From contig NC_057710.1 in NCBI RefSeq assembly GCF_004010195.1, forward strand, positions 155,403,057 to 155,467,056: a stretch of DNA of 64,000 bases, given 5' to 3'. The stretch is from Chiloscyllium plagiosum (Eukaryota). The position numbers and the translations under genes are program-made. Of the stretch, positions 50,775 through 61,930 are shown in pieces; the stretch's first letter is position 1; every line of letters starts with the position of its first letter. The notes beneath the pieces are model-generated. The model saw only the letters and a list, made by a program, of their open reading frames with translations, was not told the DNA's origin and ran no database searches.

Positions 50775-51460
50775 GTGGCATGGTAGCTCAGTGGTTAGCA
50801 CTACTGCCTCACAGTGCCAGCCACCCGGGTTCGATTCCAGTCTTGTGTGGAGTTTGCATGTTCTCCCCTTGTCTGCGTGGGCTTCCTCTGGGTGCTCCAG
50901 TTTCCTCCCATGGTCCAAAGACTTGCAGGTAGATAGGATAGTGAAGAGGATGTCTGGTATGCTTTCCTTTATTGGTCAGCGTATTGAGTACAGGAGTTGG
51001 GAGGTCATGTTGCAGCTGTACAGGACATTGGTTAGGCCACTGTTGGAATATTGCATGCAATTCTGGTCTCCTTCCTATCGGAAAGATGTTGTGAAACTTG
51101 AAAGGGTTCAGAAAAGATTTACAAGGATGTTGCCAGGGTTGGAGGATTTGAGCTAGTGGTGGAGGCTGGTACAATTGCAACATTTAAAAGGCATCTGGAT
51201 GGGTATATGAATAGGAAGGGTTTCGAGGGATATAGGGTATCTGGTTGGCATGGACGATTTGGACCGAAGGGTCTGTTTCCGTGCTGTACATCTTTATGAC
51301 TCTCTGTGTAGGTTAGCTGGATTGGCCATGCTGAATTGCCCATGGCATCCAGAAACATGCAGGCTTGGTGGATAGGCTATGGGAAATGCAGGGCTACAGG
51401 GATGCAGTGGGATGCTGAATGGCCTGCCCCCACACTGTTGGGATTCTACAATTCCACTCT
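50775..51460 (+). mobile_element. HE1 SINE split by a CR1 3' fragment (about 50931-51305)
   Basis: SINE head, then YRTLVRPLLEYCMQFWSP..LERVQKRFTRM and CR1 tail, then the SINE resumes (gattggccatgctgaattgcc). Confidence 0.85.
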
Positions 51461-51926
51461 ACTTTCTTGCCTGACCGTCAAAACAATCAGCTTTCTGTGG
51501 TTTCTCATGTACTTATAGAATGAATTTCTTTCTTAGCCATAATCCTTTTGCTTTGTCTTCCTGAATATGTATTTAACCAAGTGCTCTCACCTCCTGTGGC
51601 CCCTTTGATTTAAGTGAAAGCAGTGAGCATGGGCCCACAGTTTGATTATGAATGAATCATCCCAGCAAAGCCATTGCTACCTTGAGAGTGGACTGTTCAA
51701 GATCCTGATGAAGGGCGTTCGCCTGAAAGTCCTGCTCCTCAGATGCTGCTTGACCTGCTGTGCTTTTCCAGCACCACACTCTCGACACTATTCAAGGTCC
51801 ATCCCAGGGCTCCAGCACAAAAAAATCAAGGCCAATACTTGAGTTTTGATTTGACTTGATTTATCGTTGTTGTCATATGTACAGAGAAAAACTTCTGCAT
51901 TTCCGAGTGCTGCGCTGCTGGAGGTA

Positions 51927-52150
51927 GAGTAAACCTTTTATTAACCGTTACCGATCGGAGCAGGCGTGTGCCGATTAATCAAATATTCGGAATAATCAAG
52001 AGGTCCCTATAATCAGTGTACAAACATACAGAGAATAATAGACATAATGTAGCGGGTATACACATCACTATTGTACTTTATTTACAATATAAATCACTTA
52101 AATAATAATTGAATTTTGCCTTAGATAAAACTTACCAGTGAACAGCCTTC
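51927..52150 (+). mobile_element. Tigger/pogo-like DNA transposon remnant
   Basis: TA followed by gagtaaaccttttattaaccg...ccgattaatcaaatattcggaataatc resembles Tigger TIR and subterminal repeats. Confidence 0.4.
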
Positions 52151-52170
52151 TCACTCACACCCTCAACTGA

Positions 52171-53270
52171 ATAGAGTCATAGAGATGTACAGCACGGAAA
52201 CAGACCCTTTGGTCCAATCCGTCCATGCCAACCAGATATCCCAACCCAATCTAGTCCCACCTGTCAGCACCCGGCCCAAATCCCTCTAAGCCCTTCCTAT
52301 TCATATACCCATCCAGATGCCTCTTTAATGTTGCAATTGTACCAGCCTCCACCACATCCTCTGGCAGCTCATTCCATACACATACTCATTCTGTGTGAAA
52401 AAGTTGCCCCTTAGGTCTCTTTTATATCTTTCCACTCTCACCCTAAACCTATGTCCTCTAGTCCTGGACTACCTCACCCCAGGGAAAAGACTTTGTCTAT
52501 TTACCCTATCCATGCCCCTCATGATTTCATAAACCTCAATAAGGTCACCCCTCAGCCTCTGACACTCCAGGGAAAACAATATTCCAACAGTGGTCTAACC
52601 AATGTCCTGTACAGCCGCAACATGACCTCCCAACTCCTGTACTCAATACTCTGACCAATAAAGGAAAGTATATCAAACACATTCTTCACTATCCTATCTA
52701 CCTGCGACTCTACTTTCAAGGAGCTTCACTTTCCTGCTTTTTCCCCACAACCCTTGATTCCTTTATGGACTAAGTCAGTCTCAAATGTACCTAACAACAC
52801 AGTCTCACAGCCCTCTGCATAAAAAAAATCCCAGATCATCAATCTCACAGAGAAAATAATCATCCTCATCTCTGTCTTAAATAGGTCACTCACAACTTCC
52901 TGCACCTACCCTGTCGCATTCTCTAAAAATTGTACGTGCTTCAAATAGGTCCTCTCTCATTTTTCTAAACTCCAGTGAGTGCAAACCCAACCTACCCTAT
53001 TTTTCCATACAAGACAATCCCTTCTCTGCACTGCCTCCAATGCCAATATACATACATGGATTGGTACTTTAGCTGTACCTGCTGAAGTAAGACCATCCTA
53101 TTTTTATATTCTAATCCCTATTTATTAAAGGCCAACAATCCAATTGCCTTCACAATTACCCCTGAACTTGGATGCCAGCTTCTTGGGATTCATGCACTAG
53201 GACCCCAAAACTGCTTTCTGCAGTTCTTTCCCTATTTAAATAATATTCAGCTCTTCTATTCTCCCTAGCA
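52171..53270 (-). mobile_element. CR1/HER1 3' fragment (52171-52722) followed by an older CR1 fragment
   Basis: Same family as 60718; internal deletion relative to it. Confidence 0.85.
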
Positions 53271-53299
53271 AATGGTCTCAAAGTGACAAATGGTATGTT

Positions 53300-53760
53300 A
53301 CTACCAATGATGATGATGACAGAAGGGAAGCATGAGATGCCAGACGTACAGCTGTACTTCGTGCAATATCAGGAGCTTTGTAGACCTTGTGAGGTGGCTG
53401 AAGTTGGTGACCCAGAAATGAAGCCATCACAGATATAGTTAAGGCTCTATATTGGGATGTACCTCATTCCAAGAGGACCATCTAAGCTAAGGTATGAATG
53501 CAATAGAAAAAGAGAAGATCTGCAGTTCTAGACATTGTGATGAGTGAGAGTGGCCATCAAATCATGTATGAAGAATTCAGACACTTCATGAATGGTGCTG
53601 CGTTTCCCAATCTAGTGGAAAGGCCAAGGCAGCTAATGAAATAAAAATTAGATCCAGCTCAGAGATGCACAAGGCAATGCTGGAGTGGAGAATTGCCAAT
53701 ACTGAAGACATGGAAAGCAGTCCAGTCTAGTGTTTAATGTCATACTCTACCCAAACTATT
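53300..53760 (+). mobile_element. Gypsy-type integrase pseudogene fragment
   Basis: Pieces translate LDIVMSESGHQIMYEEFRHFMN (~SDNGPQF), SSGKAKAA (~SNGxAE) and HKAMLEWR..TEDMESSPV*CLMS. Confidence 0.65.
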
Positions 53761-53850
53761 CTTTCAATAGCTAAACAGCTACTGAATTGAGGAGTGGTAA
53801 CAGGAGTTAGGAATAAAATCAAAATTAAATTGAAAGCTGTGTTTTACTTT

Positions 53851-54239
53851 TGATTTGGAGATGCTGGTGTTGGACTGGGGTATACAAAGTTAAAAATCTC
53901 ACCACACCAGGTTATAGTCCAAGAGGTTTATTTGGAAGCACTAGCTTTCGGAGCGACGCTCCTTCATCAGGTAGCTGTGGAGAATAAGATCCTAAGACAC
54001 AGAATTTATAGCAAAAGTTTACAGTGTGATGTAACTGAAATTATACATTGAAAAATACCTGGATTGTTTGTCTTTTTCAATATATAATTCCACTTACATC
54101 ACACTGTAAACTTTTATTATAAATTCTGTGTCTTACGATCTTATTCTCCACAACCACCTGATGATGAAGCAGAGCTCCGAAAGCTAGTGCTTCCAAATAA
54201 ACCTCTTGGACTATAACCTGGTGTGGTGGGATTTTTAAA
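53851..54239. mobile_element. Fold-back PLE (family B); minus-strand hammerhead at 53939-53973
   Basis: About 165-bp inverted arms; TSD gttttacttt at 53841-53850 and 54240-54249. Confidence 0.9.
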
Positions 54240-54484
54240 GTTTTACTTTCACTTTGTTAAAGCTGCCAAAGCTATGAGTTGGCGCGCTGGTTAGAGTGCA
54301 AACATTTAACATTCTCAACAAAGGTTAGCCCACTTGGCAAGTTAGGGCCTGTTTGGAGAAGCTGTTCTCTTGGTCATCTACACTGAACGTGAAAGACCGA
54401 GTATATAGTGACAATTACAAACATCTATGTACAACTGGAGAAGCTGCTCCTTTATAACAGATTGCTGATGAGAATGCTAATCTC

Positions 54485-55231
54485 AGCAATGAACAAAGAT
54501 TAACAGCGTGCAGAATTTATGATCGCGCCTTCTTACCTGAGGGTGACGTTGGGGATTTTTTTGTGTTCACTGGGATAATAAAAGGATGATATCAGTTCCA
54601 ATAAGGATCCAGAATTCTACAGGAACACCACATGCAGACTGATGGAATTCGTTTAGAATGGCACCATGTTCACCACAGACATGGTGGGCTGAAGGGCCTG
54701 ATCCTGTGCTGTTCTAAGTTTGGAGAAAGGTGTTCATACATTGTGACTTGCCATAATTATAAGCCTCTGATGTTGCTTTCTATTTAGAGGCTTGAACAAC
54801 CATTAAAACTAATACCTGGAACAGAGACCACTGGACAAGGATCAAGAATGGTAAAGCAGGTCATTCACCCCCTCTAATCCCCGTTTGGTTCAGATGAAAG
54901 ACAGAGCCTGAAGATCTTTGTAAAGCTCAGCTACTCATTGCTTCAATGAACTGAGCCAATCAAAATATTAGCTTCAAATATGTGGTCGCTGTTAGAGACG
55001 CCCTACCATATTACCTAAATAAAGAAGGATAGTGCTTGTGATATCTCCCATCAATCTCCCCCTACATAAAAACAGCAGCATCTGGTGGTGTTCCTGTAGA
55101 ATTCTGGATCCTTATTGGAACTGATATCATCCTTTCATTATCCCAGTGAACACAAAAAAATCCCCAACGTCACCCTCAAGTAAGAAGGCGCGATCATAAA
55201 TTCTGCACGTTATTAATCTTTGGCCATTGCT
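54485..55231. repeat. Inverted duplication of about 147 bp (54485-54631 vs 55085-55231); left arm abuts a CR1 tail (about 54640-54720)
   Basis: 2 mismatches in the inner about 125 bp, about 4 in the outer part. Confidence 0.95.
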
Positions 55232-55904
55232 AATTATTTTATCAGAATTCATATCTTTCACGTGGGCGTGGATAATTCTCAACCAGAGGTCGAAGATTAT
55301 GTGAATCACGACCCAGTGCCAAAACTGCTCGGAAATGGCCGTCGGAAAGAGGATTCACAGCGTCTGAAATAACTGCTGCCACTCCTACATCCCCTCCTCC
55401 TCCTCCTCCTCTCCCCTGCTGTGCAATGCTCCATTTCACGTTCTGCAGAAAACCGATCGGAGTGATCCCTAACCTTCCTTCGAGCCGGCTGCTCATTCAT
55501 CCCCCCTGCTTGGTGGTGGTGGTGGTTGCTCGGTCCTGTTGTGTACATTTCTGCTTTGTTTAATTCTGTCGCTGCCCCCCTGAGCTGATGATATGTAAGT
55601 TTCTGCAGCCTGCTGCTTTCACTGTGCAAGCTGCACCTCCTCTGCTCAGATCCTCCAGCTGAGAGCAGTCAGGAGGGCTCAGGAACTCAGTCTATTGGCT
55701 TGTTGCACCTCTCCTACTGCCAGCCTCCTTCAGACTGGAAGCTCTTCAGTTCTCGTAGCGTCACACTAGCTGCTGCAGCTTGACATCTTTGCCGTGTGAT
55801 GGAAAGTCTTTGAATGCTGAGCAGAAAGAGGGACATACACAGGGAACATTACATTTCGCTGTCTCGTAAATGAAACCGAAAATAATCATGACGGACAAGT
55901 GAGT
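55160..55904 (+). promoter_or_regulatory. Candidate CpG-retaining promoter with alternative first exons
   Basis: Many CpGs versus the depleted background; CACGTG at 55259 overlapping GGGCGTGG; (CCT)n tract; donors ATGATAT|GTAAGT (55595) and CAA|GTGAGT (55899) after ATG AAA CCG AAA ATA ATC ATG ACG GAC. Confidence 0.45.
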
Positions 55905-57299
55905 AAAGAACTATTCTGGTTAAAGCTGGAGGTGCTAACGGATCTTTAATTCTACATTCGGAGTTTTGGCTTGATATATTATTGTGTTAAGCATATGTTT
56001 GACCGAACACTTCACCAAATACTGCATTGTCTGTTTATTTTTCTGTCAAAGAAAGTTTCAGTTAAGCCTAGGTAGAATAAATAGCCAAAACTGTGAGCGA
56101 TGTGTGCATGGAAACAGGGGTACAGTGAACATCCCACTGAGTTCAAAGCAACTGTTTCTGTCTATTGTGGTAATAAAATTAACTTGTCACTATTTTCTGA
56201 CGTGACTTGTTTTCATGTTCTGGCAATATTTATCTCGTGGTTTATTTTTACTGTTGACACTTACCATAACATTTTTAGATAAGTTTGCTATTTTTGCAAA
56301 TCTGGCTTATAAATAAACACAAGGTAAATAAAAATTTAAATAATATATGCTCACATTGTATCCAATTCTAATTGCCAGCTATTAAAAGTTTCCTTTCAAG
56401 CGATGTAGATGCTGAGAGGTTGTTTGTCTTGGGAGCATCGAGAGCAGGGGGCCATCATTGAGCATAAGGTGTCTGCTCTCTGGGACTGAGATGAAGCAGC
56501 ATTTGTTCATTCAGAGGGTATTGAATCTTTGGGAAGTTTTATTTCTATTCAGAAGGTAGTGGATGATCAGATAATGAAGATATTAAGTCAGGATCTTAGT
56601 GAATGGCAGTAGGAGGCACAAAGGGCTATATGGCATGCTCCATCTCCTATTTCTTGCATTCTTACATCGGCGTAGACACACAAGTCTTCACTAATTGGGA
56701 ACATGCTGCAGACACACTCTGTCACCCACCATAACTGGACCCATCTGGAAACTATTTCACAAAGTTTATTAAGCATCTAATGATCCGTATGGTTTTTTCT
56801 TGACACAATAGTCTGATATAGTCATGTAATCTGTACACATTCACCTCTCTGCTTTTCCTATTGTCATTGAGAAGTGATTGTTACTGAAATATTTTCAGGA
56901 TGCTTCGGGGAATGCAAATGGTCAAATCCCAAATCATAGGCATGTGCTGGGCTTGGGAAGTAATACAATATATAAGGCTAAACTTGAAGCTGGCACAGAG
57001 TGTTTGAAAACAAAGATGCAGAAGCTGCTTTTCTAACAATCTGTTTATTATTGCAGTAAGTCAACATTCAAATCAGTTAGTTTTAAAAAGCACGATAATT
57101 TTATAATGTGCAAGTGAAGTGACTGATCAATGGTTGAGAGCTTGGGCTATCGGACTGTATTTCTAATGTGTACTGTCAGACAAATGTTGAACATGATTTG
57201 TATCTAGGTTTGAATAATTGAAGGTTCTGAATGGTAATTTATTGATCAAAATGCAAATCGATATGCAGCAGGGTTCAAAGAGAAGATGGTTTGGATGCA

Positions 57300-59170
57300 C
57301 AGTCCCTGAAAGGGAATGAAAGGTAATACTCTCAAGATGACTAAAGACTCAGAGCTGAAACTGTCAGAAAAAAGGAGGCTAAGGGCATTTGAAATGTCTA
57401 TAACACAATGGAGAACCCCATGTATAAAAACATTACAGAGGAGATCCATAAAAGGGCATAAGAGGGAAAAGGGAGAGCATGCAAATAGAATATAAATGTC
57501 TTTGCCTGTTCTTTAATTATTTATTTATTTGTTTGTAAAAGGAAGAGTTGGCCTGACTAGGGACCAAAAAGACTGTCTTGTGGAGGCAGAGGATGTGGCT
57601 GAGGGACTAAATGACTATGCTTCTACCTGCCTTCACCAGAGAAAAGGATTCTACGAACAGGGGCGGCACGGTGGCTCAGTGGTTAGCACTGCTGCCTCAC
57701 AGCGCCAGGGTCCCAGGTTCGATTCCAGCCTCGGGTGACTGTGCGTTCTCCCTGTGTCTGCGTGGGTTTCCTCCGGGTGGTCCGGTTTCCTCCCACAGTC
57801 CAAATATGTGCAGGTCAGGTGAATTGGCCATGTTAAATTGCTCATAGTGTTAGGTGCATTAGTCGGAGGGAAATGGGTCTGGGTGGGTTACTTTTCAGAG
57901 GATCGGTGTGGACTGGTTGGGCCAAATGGTCTGTTTCCACACTATAGGGAATCTAATCATAATGGTAAAAGAGGAGGCAAAGCAATATTAGGTAGGACAC
58001 GAGTTAAAAGATGAAGTACTTAAAAAACTGGCAGTCCACTAAGTAGAAAACTCACCCATCCTAGGTGGGGTCATTTAGATTTTTGAAGAAAGCATGGGTA
58101 GGAACCGCTTTGGTCACAGTCCTCCTTGGATATAAGGCTTGTACCAGGGAACTGGAATGCTGTCCATGTTACACCATTATTCAAGAACAGGGAGAGGTAT
58201 AAATCTAGTATTTAGAGGCTACTCAGCTTAAGATGAAGAAACCTTCAGAGGAAATATTCAAACTTGAAATTAATAGGCATTTAGAAGAATCGGATCTAAT
58301 AATTATAATGTTAGCATCGGTTTGTTAAAGGCAGATCATTTCTGACTAACTCCATTGAGGTCTTTGACAAAGTACCAGAGTTGTGGAGGTTAGTGTGGAC
58401 TTTTAAAAGGCATTTGACAAAGTATCACATAATAGGTTTCTTGGCAGAATTAAAGCTCACAAGACTAAAGGGGTATGGGAATAAAATCATAGGTCATTAA
58501 CCCTAAACAAATCCACACCAACCCTCCAAAGAGTAACCCACCCAGACCCATTCACCCAGACAAATGCATCTAACCTATGCATCCCTGAACACTATGGGGA
58601 ATTTAGCAGGGCCAATTTACCAAAGCTGCACGTTCTTGGACTGTAATGTTGTCTAAAAGAAAGAACATGGATAGTGCTCGGGGAACGATACAGTTGGGCT
58701 CCCCGAAGTAGTGAGACTGTCAGCTTTTTATATCTTGCTTCAGTGTACAGAGTGTAATATAACATCAAAGTTTACCGATGACTCAAATAATAAAAATTGA
58801 AATCTAGAGGAGAGGAGAAAGACATCAGGATGACATAGCCAGATTGATGAAATTGGCAGACACATAGAATGCAATAAAGAGAAATGTGGAGTGGTTTGTT
58901 TGGGAAGGCAGTTTAAAGAGAAGTAATAATAAAAAAATAATTTTAATGGAGATGCAAGAACAGAGAATCCTGGGCTTTGAAGGTGTCAGGAATAAAAACA
59001 ATACTTATTTCTGAGTTTTAATAATAAACAAACAAAATACAAAAGCAGGGAAAGTAATTTTAAACCTTTATCAAATGCTGTTAAATCCCCAGCTGGAGTA
59101 TTGTGTACAACACTTGGCACCACACTTTCAGGAGAGTATCAAGGTCCTGGAAAAGATTCACTTGCATGAA
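57300..59170 (+). mobile_element. Long decayed CR1 ORF2, interrupted by SINEs
   Basis: gactttt-aaaaggcatttgacaaagt (DF.KAFDKV), aagtttaccgatgac (KF.DD), cagctggagtattgtgtacaa (QLEYCVQ). Confidence 0.7.
57661..57958 (+). mobile_element. HE1 SINE
   Basis: gggcggcacggtggctcagtggttagc head through ctgtttccacactataggg tail. Confidence 0.9.
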
Positions 59171-59178
59171 ATAAGAGA

Positions 59179-59697
59179 TGGTGGCACGGTGGCACAGTGG
59201 TTAGCGCTGCTGCCTCACAGCACCAGGGACCCGGGTTCAATTCTCGCCTCAGGTGACTGTGTGGAGTTTGCACGTTCTCCCTGTGTCTGTGTGGGTTTCC
59301 TCCCACAATCCAAAGATGTGCAGGTTGGGTGAATTGGCCATGCTAAATTGCCCGTAGTGTTCAGGGATGTGTAAGTTAGGTGCATTAGTTTATGGGGAAA
59401 TGTAGGGGAAAGGGAATGGTTCTGGGTGGGTTGTGCTTCGGCGGGTTGGTGTGGACTTGTGGGCTGAAGGGCCTGTTTCCACACTGTAGGGAATGTATGA
59501 TAATTGAAGGATTTCAGGTATTCAGGATTTTAGGAATCCATCTAACCTGCACATCTTTGGATTGTGGGAGGAACCCGGAGCACCTGGAGGAACCCATTGC
59601 AAACACTGGGAGAATGTGCAGTCACCCGAAGCTGGAATCGAATCCGGGTCCCTGGCGCTGTGAGGCAGCAGTACCACACTATGCCAAAGTGCCACCC
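59179..59697. mobile_element. Two convergent HE1 SINEs (59179-59497 +; 59537-59697 - partial)
   Basis: A/B-box heads at both outer ends. Confidence 0.85.
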
Positions 59698-59944
59698 TAA
59701 AAGGAAGTTAAAAGAGAATTGGATAGAATTTGAAGAAAAAAAAACAATTACAGGGCTATGGGGAAAGATCAAGAATGTCAGATTAATTGGATATGATGGA
59801 TCAAACAGCCTGTTTTTAATTGTACGGTTCTATGAAATTTGAATAGTCACTTAAATGAGAACAGTACCACGGACGGAGTCTTTGCAGCCCTAGAACAATG
59901 TAGAAAGTTTGGAAAATAAAGTGAGGTCAGCAGTAATGAGATTT

Positions 59945-60455
59945 ATAGAGTTATATAGCATAGAAACAGACCCTTTGGTCCAACTCATCCTTGCTGACCA
60001 GACATCCCAATGTGACCTAGTCCCATTTTTCAGCATTTAGCCCATATCCTTTTAAACATTTCCTATTCATTTACCTATCTAGGTGCCTGTTAAAATGTTG
60101 CAATTGTACCAGCCTCCACCACTTTTCCTGGCAGCTCCTTCCATACATGCACCACCTTCTACGTGAAAAAGTTGCCCCTTAGGTCCCTTTTAAAGTTTTC
60201 CCCTTTCCCCTTTCACCTTAAACCTAAACCTAAACTCTACCCTAGGGAAAAAACCTTGTCTATTTACCCTATCCCTGTCCTCATGCTTTTGTAATCCTCT
60301 ATCAGGTCACCCCTCAGCATCTGACGCTTGAAGGAAAAAAGCCTATTCAACCTGTCCTTATAACTCAAACTCTCTAGTCCAAGCAAGATCCTTGAAAATC
60401 TTTTTTACACCCTTTCAAGTCTAACCACATCTGTCCTATAGATGGGCGACCAGAA
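59945..60455 (-). mobile_element. CR1/HER1 3' end
   Basis: Same family as 35281. Confidence 0.85.
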
Positions 60456-60717
60456 ACTCCTGGTGATGAAAGCAAAATGTCTGATTCTGTAACCAAGTGT
60501 TGCATAGTGAGATGACAATCTTGCAATTGAATGGCTAGTGGCTTTTTTTTTGGGGATCCATTTGTATTCATTAGCACCTCATCATTACCTAGTGATATGT
60601 TGTTTCCCATTCTCCCAGTGACTGGAGAGAGACTAGATAATTCCTGACAGGAAAGTCGGAATGGGTACCTGGTGACTCCACCTTGGTCAGGAGTTATTAA
60701 CATTGCAGGACACAGTC

Positions 60718-61930
60718 TATAGAGTCATAGAGATGTACAGCACAAAAACAGACCCTTCGGTCCAGCTCATCCATGCCGACCCAATATCCTAACCTAAATC
60801 TAGTCCTATTTGCCAGCACTTGGCCCATATCCCTCTAAACCCTTCCTATTCATATACCCATCTAGATGCCTTTTAAATGCTGTAATTGTACCAACCTCCA
60901 TCACTTCCTCTGGCAGCTTATTCCAAACAAGCAACATCCTCTGCATGATAAAGTTGCCCCTTAGGTCCCTTTTTTAAATCTTTCTCCTTTCACCTTAAAT
61001 ACGTGCTGCCTAGTTTTAGACTCCATTCCCCCCCTCCCCCCAGGGAAAAGGCTTTGTCTAGTTGACCTCTCTTCAGGATCTTATAAACCTCTATAAGGTC
61101 ATTCCTCAACCTCCAATGTTTCAGGAAAAACAGCCCCAGCCTATTCAGCCTCTCCCTATAGCACAACATCCTTGTAAATCTTTTTTGAAACCTTTCAAGT
61201 TTCACAACATCCTTCTAATTGAAGGGAGACCAGAATTGCATGCAATATTCCAACAGTGGCCTAACCAATCTCCTGTACAGCCGCAACATGACTTCTTAAC
61301 TCCTGTACTCAATATTCTGACCAATAAAGGAAAGCATACCAAACGCCACCTTCACTATCCTATCTACCTGTGACTCCACTTTCAAGGGACTATGAACTTG
61401 CACTCTAAGGTCTCTTTGTTCAGCAACACTTTCCCAGACCTTACCATCAAGTATATAAGTCCTGCTCTGATTTCCAAAATGCAGCACCTCACATTTATCT
61501 GAATTAAACTCCATCTGCCACTCTTCAGCCCATTGGCCCATCTGGTCCAGATCCCATTATACTCTTGAGGTAACCTTTTTCACTGTCCACTACACCTCCA
61601 ATTTTGGTGTCATCTGCAAACTTACTAACTGTACCTCTTATGCTCGCATCCAAATCATTTATGTAAATGATGAAGAGCAGTGGACCCAGCACCGATCCTT
61701 GTGGCACTCCACTGGTCACAGGCCTCCAGTCTGAAAAACAACCCTCCACCACCACCCTCTGTCTTCTACCTTTGAGCCAGTTCTGTATCCAAATGGCTGG
61801 TTCTGCCTGTATTCCGTGAGATCTAACCTTGCTAACCAGTCTCCCATGGGGAACCTTGTTGACTGCCTTACTGAAGTCCATATAGATCACATCTACCGCT
61901 CTGCCCTCATCAATCTTCTTTGTTACTTCT
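60718..61930 (-). mobile_element. 5'-truncated CR1/HER1 LINE with frameshifted RT
   Basis: [42 protein letters not shown]; WQMEFNSDKCEVLHFG; full 3' tail. Confidence 0.95.

Noticed and set aside
55242-55629. Minus-strand ORFs with poly-G/R/H runs
   Set aside because: The runs derive from (CCT)n and (GGT)n tracts; no recognisable protein; splice signals favour the + strand.
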